From Naegleria gruberi (Eukaryota), in assembly GCA_000004985.1 (NCBI GenBank), contig GG738884.1: a stretch of DNA of 64,000 nt, one strand, 5' to 3'. The number at the start of each line of letters is the position of its first letter. Position 1 is the stretch's first letter. A program made the translations under genes and the position numbers. The notes under the pieces are model-generated. The model was not told where the DNA came from. It did no database searches and saw only the letters and a list, made by a program, of their open reading frames with translations. Below are positions 35,527 to 47,273 of the stretch, piece by piece.

Positions 35527-37465
35527 ATGAAACTAACTGTTTCCATCATTGAGTGCAAGAATCTAATAGTTGGGGACCTAATAACCAACCTTGCCGATCC
35601 CTATGTAGTACGTTAATTTCTTTTATTGTTATTCGAAAGTAGTTTACGGAAACATTTCTAACGAACGCAAATCATCCCAACACCTTTTTTCTTCCATTAA
35701 ATTATTACCATCATCATCAAATCGTCAACTTTCTAATAATCATTATCGGATTCTAATAGATTTGTACCATCAATGCTCCAGCACAAGAAATTAGAGAAGA
35801 AGAAAAAGTTCTACCATCACCCTCAGCAGTCATTTCCACTCACAAAACACTCGCCGATAAAGAAGGTGGAGTTATTGGTTCTGCCTATGGTTCATTCGCA
35901 AGTTTACAACATTTAAATACTTTACAAAATCCTTTACTAAGTAATACAGTGGAGAATATAAATCAATCACCAACTACTCCAAGAAAAAAGTCACTATGTA
36001 TTACTAGTAGTTTACATCAATCGAATGAATTGGCTAAATACTATTCACCTCCGACAACTATTACTCCGACAACTCCTAGATCTTCACGGAAATTCTCAAG
36101 TAATGATTTGGCCAAAAAGAGAGCCTCTACTAGAACTATCAATAGTTCAAGTAGTGGAGGAAATACATCAAGTATTTCTGAAGATATCCATAGTGGTAGT
36201 AATGGAATTGGACACATTGTCAATGGACACAGATCTTCCTCTTCATCAGATTCCAATGATAAAAACTCTGCAGTTACAATGGACTCGCCAGTCTATGAAT
36301 ACGAGAATAGGAGACCTTGTGAATTTAAAAACAGAAAAATCATTGCACAGAAAAAGACTGAAATCATTTACAATAATTTGAATCCAATATTTACGGATGA
36401 ACATTTGGTTGTGGAGGGAATTAAGGATGAATCAGTTGTGAAAAATTGGATAATTACATTGGAAGTGTTTGATTATGATTATATGAAATATGATGATTGT
36501 AGGTTTTTTATTTGTTTATTGGAATTGAAAGTTTTATTGTAAAAAATGTCAAGATTTGGGAAGTGTTGAAATTTCATTTGAAAAGTATCAAATTCAAGTT
36601 TTGCAACCAATGGTTTTGACAGTGCCACTTGAAGGTGTTCCAAATGGAGAAATTACAATTGATATTAATCTAGGTGAAGAATCGAAGGTTTTTGGTTTGG
36701 AATTGGAAAAGATCATGTCACGTCATCGTGAAAAGATTCATGGACTTGGCTTACCAAAATGTGTTCATGATATGTTTGTCTTTTTGTCTGATGAGATATC
36801 TATATGTGAAGAGGGTATATTCAGGTAGGTTGTTTACAATGAAGAGTTCAATATATATTTACCTTAACGTGTGTGAAATTTCATTATACATGTGAAAATA
36901 ATGTAGAATTCCTGGAAAGTCAGATCTCATTACAGCAATCAAGAAACAATACGATCAAAATGAGGATAAAGAGATTAAGAATTACATTCTTGATCAGGAG
37001 AAGGTCTTTTTAACAGATCCAGAACAGAAAAGATCACCTGCCATGGTTAAGATAACAGCTTCTCTATTGAAAGATTTTATCAGATCCTTACCAACACCCC
37101 TTCTAACCTATCAACTCTATGATGAATTTGTGGATTTAAAGAATGATGACAAGACAATTTTAGAACTCATTCAAAAATTACCACCTCTCCATCAACACTT
37201 GCTGTATTGGTTACTTGCTTTGATTTCAATGATTGAATCTAAATCACAACTCAACAAAATGTCAGCCTCCAGCTTGGCAAGCGTGATTGCTATCAATTTA
37301 TTAAGAAAAAAGGATGAAAACAAGTCAGCCAATTCCCTAGAATCTCTCAGAATGGAAACTGATAGGGTTATCAAATGTGTAGAACTTCTCATTAACAAGT
37401 ATCAAACCGTTCTCAAACCATACTTTGAAAAGACTTACAGTTTTTTCAAACAACAAGAGTTGTAA
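35527..37465 (+). CDS. C2-domain + RhoGAP-domain protein. Exons 35527..35607, 35760..36498, 36554..36824 and 36907..37465.
   Basis: Exon 1 encodes the C2 start MKLTVSIIECKNLIVGDLITNLADPYV. Exon 2 carries a long Ser/Thr-rich insert, then C2 beta-strands RKIIAQKKTEIIYNNLNPIFTDE...ITLEVFDYDYMKYDD. The RhoGAP domain is GLELEKIMSRHREKIHGLGLPKCVHDMFVFL...EGIFRIPGKSDLITAIK...ASLLKDFIRSLPTPLLTYQLYDEF, with the arginine finger in GIFR|IPG split by an intron. Donors are GTACGT, GTAGGT and GTAGGT, and all phases were verified. Confidence 0.7.
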
Positions 37466-37659
37466 TTTAATATAAATTTTGCTTCAAATATTCAAATCAA
37501 TAAATAAATTAAAATACTAATAATTTAGATTTTCAAAATAGGAAATTAATTTTTAAATAAATTTTGTTTTTTATTGACCTACAAGCAATGTCCCTGTTGG
37601 TGATTTTTTTGTTTGTGTGTATGTTACTGTGTGTGATTGTGACCATCTATCTATTGGAT

Positions 37660-38868
37660 TTATTCGTTCATCTTCAAAACGACCTTTCTTTCTTGACCAT
37701 CTTCGAAACTCTTTTCCAAAGCATAATTAAATTCAGAGAATTTGTGTGTTTCGACCAAAGCCAACAACTTCTTGTCAATAACGAGTTTGGACAATTCGTC
37801 AATCATCTTTTGTCTTTCTTCCTTTGAGTGAGTTTCGACCCATCTAGTCATCCAAAAACCTTTAAGAGTAATGTTGTTGAAAATGAATGGGCTCGTTGGG
37901 ACAGTGATACCTTGTCTAGACATACCACCATATGTCACCATAACACCATCTTCAGCCAAATACTTGGTAACAATACGAGCAGCATCACCACCAACACAGT
38001 TCAAGGCCAATTTTGGCTTTGGTAAATCCGATAATAAACGAGACATCTTAGTATTATTGCTAGCGAAAGAATAATCCATAACAATATCAGCTCCTAATTG
38101 CTTCATTCTTTGCACTGTTAAATCGTGATTTTGTCTTTGTCTAATCAAGTTAATAGTTTGAATACCACGTAATTTGGCCAATTGGATAACCATCAAACCA
38201 ACCATGGAATTAGCACCGTTTTGAATAATGACATCACCTGGCTTCAATTCAGCAAAGTCAGAAAGAAGTCTATAAGCAGTACAAGGGTTAACGGAAAGAA
38301 TTGAAGCATATTCAACTGGCAATTCCTTTGGTACAGTTGTAACATCTTCAGCTTTACAAACGAGGTGAGTTCTCCAAGTACCCAAACCACCATTGCTTGG
38401 AATGACATGATCACCCTTCTTAAGACCGGTAACACCAGAACCAACTTCTTCAACAATACCAACACCTTCATTACCAGGAACAGCTGGGAAAGACTTTGGA
38501 CTCTTTCCGTACACTCCTTGAATTGTATTAATATCGGCTGGGTTGATTGGTGCTGCTAACATTTTAATGACAACTTCATCATTCTTAACAGAGGTATCAA
38601 TATCAACATTTTCAACTCTAAATAGAAAATTAACGTTCAAAGTTATTGTTCATCATTATCATATTTCCAATAAAAAGATAATAAAATTTCATATTTTTTT
38701 AGTTTCAATCCACATCATCGCTTTATACACTTACTTCAAAACTTCCAATGGATTACCGAACTTTTCATAACGAACAGCCTTTGATTGGACTGTAGCATAG
38801 AAACAATTTCTTGGAGCAAAGGAAAGGGTATTGTTAATACGGGCAAGAGATTGGATGGATTTTCTCAT
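37660..38868 (-). CDS. MECR: Mitochondrial trans-2-enoyl-CoA reductase (MECR/ETR1, MDR superfamily). Exons 38735..38868 and 37660..38617.
   Basis: Exon 1 (MRKSIQSLARINNTLSFAPRNCFYATVQSKAVRYEKFGNPLEVL) is presequence-like. Exon 2 carries the MECR signature KMLAAPINPADINTIQGVYGKSPKSFPAVPGNEGVGIV and the NADPH-binding GANSMVGLMVIQLAK. The intron GTAAGT...atttag (38618..38734) is in frame. Confidence 0.8.
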
Positions 38869-38912
38869 TTTTTTTCTTTCTTTACAAAAAATATTTTTTA
38901 ATTTTTTTAAAA
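38869..38912. promoter_or_regulatory. 44-bp AT-rich divergent (head-to-head) intergenic spacer between the MECR gene (minus strand) and the 38913 gene (plus strand)
   Basis: The sequence tttttttctttctttacaaaaaatattttttaatttttttaaaa lies between two start codons. It is a putative bidirectional core promoter. This is inference from geometry only. Confidence 0.35.
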
Positions 38913-39845
38913 ATGCGTTCGTTGTTATGTGGGAAAGTCATCAATAGAAACTTTTCAATTCCTTCATCTGCAGCATCTTGTGGAGTTGGTCTTCTTCTTG
39001 GTAGGAAATTGTTAACTACAACAATACCTCATCAAGTAATATTGTCAAATTGTTCATCTTGTTTGAAACAAGTATCATTGATAAATCCGAATGAGAATCA
39101 TCACAGACAATTCTTTTTTAAAAAATCATCAAATAGTATCATTCCGAAGGATGGAGAAAAGGAGGAGGATTATAACAAATTTACTTCTTCATTCTATGTG
39201 AAGGCTTTGGCTCCTTTGATTGCTGCTTTAGTTTATTGGTATTTGAAGGATTGGGAGAGTAAGAAGGTAAAGGTTGATTTTGATGCTTTGAAAAAGTATT
39301 TGGAAACTTATCAAGATCAAATTAGAGAACAGGCTTTCTTGGCTGCTCTCGAATCACTTTCTCATCAAGAACATCGTGAATTGATGAATGATGTCATTTC
39401 TCAATCCTCAGAGAATGGAAAATATTTGGTTGGTGTTTCGAATTCAGAAAATATTAATCATTTTGATTTGGAAATTCAAGTTATGAGTGATATGAAAACT
39501 TATAAACCACACACTCTTGTGGATGGACAGGTCAAGTATGCTTTATTTGGAGAATTGTGGCACGTGGAAGAAAAGAATCCATCAACACTTCAAGCTTATG
39601 GAAAGAAATGTTTCGATTCTAGAGATATTACTTTGAATATTCATTGTCCTGTTAGAATTTTGGCAAAGCCAGCAAATGGAGCTGTCTTGGGTCATTTGGG
39701 CGATAAACCATTGTGCTATTTGGTTGCTAATATTCAAATGAAATGTGTTGAAAAGGATTTTATACCAGCCAAGAGGCCAGAGTTGACCATTTCAAAAATT
39801 TCTATTGCTCCAATTACATCACACTTTTCAACAATACTGGTTTGA
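38913..39845 (+). CDS. Hypothetical protein with an N-terminus resembling a mitochondrial presequence
   Basis: ATG at 38913. The N-terminus MRSLLCGKVINRNFSIPSSAASCGVGLLLGRKLL is Arg/Ser-rich and amphipathic. I recognised no domain. Confidence 0.35.
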   Translation: MRSLLCGKVINRNFSIPSSAASCGVGLLLGRKLLTTTIPHQVILSNCSSCLKQVSLINPNENHHRQFFFKKSSNSIIPKDGEKEEDYNKFTSSFYVKALAPLIAALVYWYLKDWESKKVKVDFDALKKYLETYQDQIREQAFLAALESLSHQEHRELMNDVISQSSENGKYLVGVSNSENINHFDLEIQVMSDMKTYKPHTLVDGQVKYALFGELWHVEEKNPSTLQAYGKKCFDSRDITLNIHCPVRILAKPANGAVLGHLGDKPLCYLVANIQMKCVEKDFIPAKRPELTISKISIAPITSHFSTILV

Positions 39846-40330
39846 AGGAACAAAGATTATTTGAAGAAATAGAAGTTGAAAAAGCCCTTGCACCAAATGG
39901 TGTTCACCATGCAGCAGATGGTCTTCATAACCAATCCTTCTCTTGGAAATTCTTCAATTAGAGATTGAATGACACTCATTAAGGTTGGATTTTAGTGTCG
40001 AGTTATTTGAATTATGAGACTTGAGTTTATACTGTATTGCTCGAAATACACATTTGTGTGAGAAACAATTTCACAGTTTAATATATTTTCAATTATGAAA
40101 TATCGTCTAATTTATTATTTATCTATTAATCCACATGGTGACACAGTGTTCCAAGCACTTGCCAGAACAAAGTTGAATTTGAAATTCTATTTTTAACTTG
40201 ATTCTCAATTTCAAACATGAAAAAACCATAAATCCTTCAAATTCAACATTCACTTCGAGAAAACAAATCGAAACAACAAAAAAAAAACAATCCAACAACC
40301 AATCCTATAGCCGAGCTATTGCTAATCATC

Positions 40331-40975
40331 ATGTCCGTAACAACTCTCCCTGTAAATAATAACACTACCACCACTAACTCAACAACAACCTTCTCTAAGA
40401 ATCAACTCATTGCTCAAGAAGAAGCAGAGTGGACAAAGAAGAAGGATCGTTTTCTAACTTGTAAAGAAGCACTGAATAGAATCATGTGGGATTCTGATTT
40501 AAATGATGCCTATCTTCACTTGTCAATGATTTACAAAGACAGATTTGAAGGTGACACTTTTATTTCATATGAAGAATTCTTAAATAGTGATTTGGCAGAA
40601 GAACTTCCACAGCACAGAATTCAACAATTGATCTACAGAGATGAATACGTATTCTGGGATAAGAATAACAGAATTGATTTGTTATCAAATGGTCAATTAA
40701 GAGAATTGATTTTGAAATTCCAAAGAGAAGAAGAGGAAAGAATTGCTAGAGAACAAGCTGAATTCACAACTGTTTTGCAACCAACTCCAACTCCTGAAAC
40801 CTCAACAAGTTCAAAAAAGAAGAACAAGAAGAATAAGAAAATCATGAAGGAATTTGTTAGAAATCAAGAAACAGTTCAACAATATAATTCTTCATCTTCA
40901 TCTGAGGAAGAAGATGATTATGATCAATATATGGAAGAATATGATGAACAATATTCAAGATATTTGAATCATTAA
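40331..40975 (+). CDS. MJ1316/DUF504-domain protein (RNA 2',3'-cyclic-end recognition domain family) with an acidic C-terminal tail
   Basis: The ORF-track start at 40319 is TTG; the ATG is at 40331. ALNRIMWDSDL..YLHLSMIYKDRFEG..ISYEEF...ELPQHRIQQLIYRDEYVFWDKNNRIDLL matches the conserved MJ1316 blocks (nRi.WD ... DR ... iP.HRI ... vWdR..r.D.l). Confidence 0.55.
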   Translation: MSVTTLPVNNNTTTTNSTTTFSKNQLIAQEEAEWTKKKDRFLTCKEALNRIMWDSDLNDAYLHLSMIYKDRFEGDTFISYEEFLNSDLAEELPQHRIQQLIYRDEYVFWDKNNRIDLLSNGQLRELILKFQREEEERIAREQAEFTTVLQPTPTPETSTSSKKKNKKNKKIMKEFVRNQETVQQYNSSSSSEEEDDYDQYMEEYDEQYSRYLNH

Positions 40976-41050
40976 ATGAAAAATAATTATTTTGTTAACT
41001 TTCTCTTTATTTTGAGAAGATGAATTTATTGGAATATAATAGAAACCTAA

Positions 41051-43534
41051 CTAATTACGTTTCTTAAATAATGGATGGACAGTTTTAGCGACCTTTTTCT
41101 TCTTTTTTGAGGAATTGCTTGCTTCAAAGGTATGATAATACACTTCATTGGCACCTCCTGATAGCAATGCCAAACTAGTATCACCACTATGGCTGCCACT
41201 TTGAAAGTCATCATTGGGAATATCTTCCAATTTTCCATTAACATCTTTAGCATTCTTGACAAGTTTTAGAAATTCCAATTCATCCTCTTTTGTTTTCATA
41301 AATTTGGTCTCCACTCTATTACTCGAGTAGTACTTTTGAATGTCAGCCAAAACTCTGAAACTGTATCCTTGATTGGTAAGGAATTGTTGTCTCTTGGTTG
41401 CAAAGAACATTTCCTTTGTGTCTTGTGAGACGAGTGAGTAAAAGTAAGCTTGCTTATTGGTTCCATTCTTTGGACGAAGGATACGACCCAATCTCTGAGC
41501 TTCTTGTCTTCTGCTGCCGAAATGGGACGAAATTTGAATAATTACAGTTGCCTCAGGAATATCAATGGCTGTATCACCAACCTTACTAAGGAAAACAGTG
41601 TTAAAATTACCACTCTTGAATCGATTCAAGACATCCAAACGCTCAGACTCCCTGGTTTTACCATAAATGTAAGGAAGTTTCAATTTGATGGCATACTGTT
41701 CCAGAGTGAAGGTATTATCACTGAAAACAATTATCTTATCTCCATGCTTTTCATGATATCTAATGAGAAATTCACAAGCCCTAAACTTATTTGGATTCAT
41801 CACATAGTACAAACTCTGTTTGGCATAATTTGAGGAAAGATACTCGGCATAGAATTCTGCAGTCATTGGACACCAAACTTCGACACATTGTACATTGGCA
41901 AGATGTCCCTTCTTTTGTAAATCCAACCAATTGGCTTCGTAGAGTTTTGGTCCAATGAGGAAATTTAAATCCTCCTGCTTGTTATCCTCACGTAATAGAG
42001 TTGCAGTCAATCCCAATTTACAATGAGCTTTCAAATGGGATGCTCTGAATGAATCAGCAGGGTATACTTGAACTTCATCGAACATTAGCAATCCCCACTC
42101 TCTATTTTCAATGTACTCCATCATTTGTTTGGATTCTTCACTTCTCCTTCCCTTAAATGAAATCATACTATAGGTGGTGATTAACACAACGGCCTTATTT
42201 GGATCTTTTGGAAGAGTGGCCTTCTGTTGTGAGGTATGAACTAGAATACTATCATCGTCAATGGTACTCCACAATCTGAATTGATTCTTCCACTGAAAGA
42301 CACTCACTGTATTGATACATAGTACTAGGGTGTGTTTCTTGATTGTGCTGGCAGCTGTCACTCCAACTAAGGTCTTTCCTGCACCACATGGTAGAACAAT
42401 GATCCCACTTCGAGCTCTTCCATTGCTGAACATTTTGTTGAGTGATTTTTCTTGATAGGAACGAATGGTGGTGGTTGGTTTGAGGTCAATTACGAGTGAA
42501 CTATTCCTCTTATCATTTCTAAAATCATATTCATCCAAAGTTGGGTGTCCAATTACAATACATTGCTTTTTGACAGATTCAATAGATTTGGATGAAATTT
42601 CGAATGAATAGAGAGTTTCATGTGGTTCACTATCCAAATCGTTATCATCTTCATATTCTTCTTCATAATTCGAATGATTGATTGCTCCAATCATTTCCTT
42701 TTGAACATGGTGTTGTTCATTCATAGTATTGGAAAGAGAATTTGAATTTGTTGAAATTAGAGTTTGTTTTTGAAAAGCCTCAACTTGATTAGACTTTGAT
42801 TTGATAATGAAACGCTTACTCGAATCCAAATATTCGAATTCATTTGGATTTGGTATCAGAGCAGCTTTGCCAATAACTGAATCATTTCTCAACTTTTCTA
42901 TAATTTGTAAAATAGGAGATTCCAGAAAGAATCGATTCTTCTGTAAGACGAATTTCACACTTCCATATTTAGAAGTGGTCTTTCTAATAAAATCAATCAA
43001 GTCTGTTGGTAATTTAACCTTACTCAACTTGTCCAAAACTTGAATAATATAATCACAAGTCAATCCAATACTAACAGCTCCATAAAGTGAGAATTCTTTC
43101 AATTGATATTCATGTAAATTTTCCATACGTGAGATTGGTTCTGCAATGGCCACAAGAAAATCATAAGCCTGCTGATAAACTGGTGTGTTAGTTTCCATGA
43201 AAATGTGATAATCTCCATTATCACCACTACACACCCAAATTGGACGTGATTCGTGGTCTGATTTCAGATCCATTGAAGAATGATCGAATTGAATTCCTTC
43301 CTTTTGTTTGAAAATGTCAGTTGCCAACTTTTCTGCTTGTTTGGAGATTTGACTGTCTGTATCATTTTCAATATTGTCATATTTTGTCTTTTTGTTTTTT
43401 GATTTAGTTTCTGATTTTCTTCTCTTTTTTTCATTCTTTTCATTGGTTGGATTTGGGTTATTCGAATGTTGAGTTTGATTCGTTTCTTCTTGTTGGCTAT
43501 TATTCATGTTGATGCTGGTATTACTTGAGAGCAT
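41051..43534 (-). CDS. ERCC3: TFIIH helicase subunit XPB (ERCC3/SSL2/RAD25), single exon
   Basis: ATG at 43532-43534. Walker A: IVLPCGAGKTLVGVTAAS. DEVQ box: MFDEVQVYPADSFR. Helicase motifs III-VI and the XPB-specific RED/thumb-like regions are present. Length 827 aa. Confidence 0.9.
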   Translation of the reverse strand: MLSSNTSINMNNSQQEETNQTQHSNNPNPTNEKNEKKRRKSETKSKNKKTKYDNIENDTDSQISKQAEKLATDIFKQKEGIQFDHSSMDLKSDHESRPIWVCSGDNGDYHIFMETNTPVYQQAYDFLVAIAEPISRMENLHEYQLKEFSLYGAVSIGLTCDYIIQVLDKLSKVKLPTDLIDFIRKTTSKYGSVKFVLQKNRFFLESPILQIIEKLRNDSVIGKAALIPNPNEFEYLDSSKRFIIKSKSNQVEAFQKQTLISTNSNSLSNTMNEQHHVQKEMIGAINHSNYEEEYEDDNDLDSEPHETLYSFEISSKSIESVKKQCIVIGHPTLDEYDFRNDKRNSSLVIDLKPTTTIRSYQEKSLNKMFSNGRARSGIIVLPCGAGKTLVGVTAASTIKKHTLVLCINTVSVFQWKNQFRLWSTIDDDSILVHTSQQKATLPKDPNKAVVLITTYSMISFKGRRSEESKQMMEYIENREWGLLMFDEVQVYPADSFRASHLKAHCKLGLTATLLREDNKQEDLNFLIGPKLYEANWLDLQKKGHLANVQCVEVWCPMTAEFYAEYLSSNYAKQSLYYVMNPNKFRACEFLIRYHEKHGDKIIVFSDNTFTLEQYAIKLKLPYIYGKTRESERLDVLNRFKSGNFNTVFLSKVGDTAIDIPEATVIIQISSHFGSRRQEAQRLGRILRPKNGTNKQAYFYSLVSQDTKEMFFATKRQQFLTNQGYSFRVLADIQKYYSSNRVETKFMKTKEDELEFLKLVKNAKDVNGKLEDIPNDDFQSGSHSGDTSLALLSGGANEVYYHTFEASNSSKKKKKVAKTVHPLFKKRN

Positions 43535-43791
43535 AATAGGTGATTTGGTGTCGATGTATTTTTTTAGAAAATTCTATTGATTATTTATAGACTGTCGTCC
43601 TATTTTTTTCAAAATTTTAATTCACAAATTTCACTTCTATTATTAGCACGATCATCAATATTTGGAAATGAATCTGAGAAAAATTTATCATCATCACGGT
43701 CTAATTCCATCAAATGATTTGGATTGTTAATTAACACGTATTTAAATAACAAATTAATTATTAATAAAATTAAAGTTTTAATACTAAAAAA

Positions 43792-44823
43792 ATGAAGAAA
43801 TCAAAGTCCTTCTCCAACTTTCTCGGAAATGAAGAACAAATTCAAGGCCTTTTTGAATTATCGGAGGAAGAAAAAAGGATGATCCAAAGGAGGAAACAAG
43901 TGGAGAATTGTAAAGAGGAAATTACAAAATTAAAACAAGCAATTGAAGAAATTAGAGATTATAAAAATCAATGGGTTTGGGTTAAATATTCAAGAAAAGT
44001 AGTCATGATTGCACATTTAATTACAGCAGTTTATATTATTGCCGAAAAAACAATGAGAGTTTTGAATACTTCACTCTACAGAACAGTTTCTCATCAGTTA
44101 TCATTTAGTCAGCTGATGAAATCATGGATGCAGAGTAAATTCAAGAATAGCTCGTTGAAAAATTTAAAGGAGTTTATGAAGGGATATCACGAAAATATTT
44201 CCAGACAATATCAAGATCAAAAACTTAAAAAGAAGGAACATTTACAATTTTTATCTCAAACTGATTTTTCTCCATTTACATTTGATATGAATTCTGGTGG
44301 AATTATGAATATTGTTGGAAATATTGCAGGATTTTTTGGAGCAGCAAAGCAATCTACAGATAGAATCTTGAAAATTATTGATCCTTCTGATAGCTTATAT
44401 TTTGGAAATGATGGAGTCATGTCACCAATGATTGATCAAATACCTGATAGCAGCCATGCTGCATTTCAAAACCCAGATTATCTCAAGGGAGATGCATCTA
44501 TTAGAGAATTATTACAATCAAGAGGTTTCAAATCACTTGTTAAATTATTTGGAAAAGAAACCTTACAGAGTGGATCATTGATATTTCTTGTTTATTGGTT
44601 TGGAAAACACAATATTAAGAAGAGAGTATTTGCAACCATTCTACTTTTCCTTTTCAATGTTTACATGCTGGTATTTGATACAAACACAACAAGAGATCGT
44701 TTTGGCTCAATCATTCACTGGAACATTATATTTAATCTGCTTTCCCTCACTCTATTCCTTTTATTCAAACAACATTTGAATGTAACCACAGGTTACAGTG
44801 AACAACGTTTCTTAGATGATTGA
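43792..44823 (+). CDS. Hypothetical membrane protein (N-terminal coiled coil, C-terminal TM helices)
   Basis: ATG at 43792. The C-terminal segments SLIFLVYWFG, ATILLFLFNVYMLVF and IFNLLSLTLFLLF are hydrophobic. No domain recognised. Confidence 0.3.
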   Translation: MKKSKSFSNFLGNEEQIQGLFELSEEEKRMIQRRKQVENCKEEITKLKQAIEEIRDYKNQWVWVKYSRKVVMIAHLITAVYIIAEKTMRVLNTSLYRTVSHQLSFSQLMKSWMQSKFKNSSLKNLKEFMKGYHENISRQYQDQKLKKKEHLQFLSQTDFSPFTFDMNSGGIMNIVGNIAGFFGAAKQSTDRILKIIDPSDSLYFGNDGVMSPMIDQIPDSSHAAFQNPDYLKGDASIRELLQSRGFKSLVKLFGKETLQSGSLIFLVYWFGKHNIKKRVFATILLFLFNVYMLVFDTNTTRDRFGSIIHWNIIFNLLSLTLFLLFKQHLNVTTGYSEQRFLDD

Positions 44824-44944
44824 AATTGTATCAAAAGTAAGACATATTTACTTGTTAGCCAACAAGATGTACATTACCCAAAACAAAAAAACAGGCTTTT
44901 GATTGTTGGCGCCAATTTTATTTCACCAAGCAGTGGAAAAAAAA

Positions 44945-47273
44945 ATGTTATCATCAAACAACGTTGGTTCCTCTTCGAGTGGCGATGAGAAGTCATCATT
45001 AAAAAAGCACACAATGCATCATCACAGAGAAGAAATCGATTCATCATCGGCGCTCACAGAAACTTTAGATATTGAAGTTGTTGATGAAGAACATGAAAAG
45101 GATTTAGTGAAGGAGGAAGAAAGTGTTGCGGAATTAATTAAAGATGAAAATGTTGATGAGGAAAAGATTGATGGTGATTTACCAGATCAAGAAGAAGTAG
45201 AAGATGAATCATCTGCCCCAAAGGCTGTTAAAGAAAATTTTGATAAATTAAACGAACTTTTGCAAAAGACCGAAACCTACTCTCGTTTTATTCATGAACA
45301 TGTTGTCGGTGAAGAAGAAGATGATGTAAAAGAAGAAGAACAAGAAGAAGAGGAAGCAAGCGAAGGAGAGGAAGAAGAATCAAACGGAAAAAGAAAAAGA
45401 AAGGGTAGAAAGGCAACAACCACTGACGAATCAGCTCAAAAAAAGTTGAAATCTGTTTTCAGCAAATCCAAGACATTACAAACAGCTAATCAAGCTGCTT
45501 TAAAGTATTCTCAACCAAAATATTTGTCCGGAACAACACTTAGAGATTATCAATTGAAGGGTGTTAACTGGTTGATTAGTTTGTATGAAAATGGTGTCAA
45601 CGGTATTTTGGCAGAGTAAGTTTTCTTTATTTGGAATGTGTTATTTACTAATTATTTCAAGTGAAATGGGTCTCGGAAAAACTATTCAAACTATTGGATT
45701 ATTTTGTCATCTTTATGAAAAGGGAATTAAAGGACCATTCCTTGTTGTTGCACCATTGTCAACTGTATCAAATTGGGTAAATGAGATTGATAAATGGGCT
45801 CCTGATATTGGGTGTGTACTTTATCATGGTAATAAGGATGATAGAGCTATTATAAGAGCAAAGAATTTTTCAAAGGTAAAGAAGGGACAAATTGCTGTAG
45901 TAGTTTCATCATATGAAATTGTTATGAGAGACAAGAAATTCTTGGCAAACAAATTTAATTGGAAGTATATTGTAGTAGATGAAGCCCACAGATTGAAAAA
46001 TTTCAATTGTAGATTAACTAGAGAATTGAAGACTTACTCGAGTGAAAATAGATTGCTTCTTACAGGTACACCATTACAAAATAATTTATCTGAACTTTGG
46101 TCATTACTCAACTTTTTATTACCATCAATTTTTGACGACTTGAGTGCTTTTAACAAGTGGTTTGATTTTACAAAGAAGGAAAAGAATGATTATATTACAA
46201 ATGAAAAGACACAACTCATAAGCAAGCTTCATAACATTCTTCGTCCTTTCTTATTAAGAAGATTGAAGAGTGATGTAGATATTGGTATTCCAAAGAAACG
46301 AGAATTTTTAATTTATACACACATGACAGATATGCAAAAGGAATATTATAATGCTGTAAAAAGTAAGGATCTCTTACCAATTTTCAAAGATCAAAAGAGA
46401 GCAAATAGCACAACTCTTTTGAATTTACTTATGCAAATGAGAAAGATTTGTAACCATCCATTCTTGCTTAGGTATGTTTCGAGATTATTTTACATTTTTT
46501 TAATAATTTTATTTAGAGAATTTGAAACAAAAGACAGTGAATCTGAATCTGCTTCAAACAAGAGATTCTTGAAGGAATGTACACAAAATTCTGGTAAATT
46601 TGGATTACTTGTAAAAATGTTGGAAAATTTGAAAAAGAATGGTCACAAAGTTTTAATCTTCTCTTTAATGACAAGATTTTTGGATGTACTTGAAGATTAT
46701 CTTGAATGTAGAGGTGACATGAAATATTGTAGAATAGATGGTTCCATTGCTCAAACTGAGAGAGAACAAAAAATCAAAGAATTTAATCAAGATGAAGATG
46801 TATTTTGCTTTTTACTTTCCACTCGTGCTGGTGGTTTGGGTATTAACTTGACAGCTGCTGACACTGTTATTATTTACGACAGTGATTGGAATCCTCAAAT
46901 TGATTTACAAGCTCAAGATCGTTGTCACAGAATTGGTCAAAAACGTAGTGTTAGAATTTTCAGATTACTTACGTTAGGAACTGTAGAAAAGAAAGTTCTT
47001 CAAACAGCAACAAAGAAACTCAAATTGGAAAGACTTATCATCCACAAAGGAAACTTTAAAGGCAACACTCAACAACAAAGCAAGATGACTATCACAGCAC
47101 AAAATTTGATGGAAATTTTGGATGATACTCAAGTCAATAATGACAGCAAACATGATGAAGGAATTAATGACGATATCTTGGACAGACTTATCAATGAAAG
47201 AGGAGATGATTCAACTCTTCCAGCTGCAGGTGTTGGATATGAAGAAGCACACATCTTCCAACAAGACTTTTAG
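44945..47273 (+). CDS. SNF2-family chromatin-remodelling ATPase of the HELLS/LSH/DDM1 type. Exons 44945..45615, 45662..46471 and 46517..47273.
   Basis: The ORF-track start is TTG; the first ATG at 44945 is the approximate start. Motif I, DEMGLGKT, is split by intron 1 (GILA|E..MGLGKTIQ). Also present: [34 protein letters not shown], and the C-terminal helicase motifs [43 protein letters not shown]...[14 protein letters not shown], which are closest to HELLS/DDM1. Donors are GTAAGT and GTATGT, and phases were verified. Confidence 0.8.
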
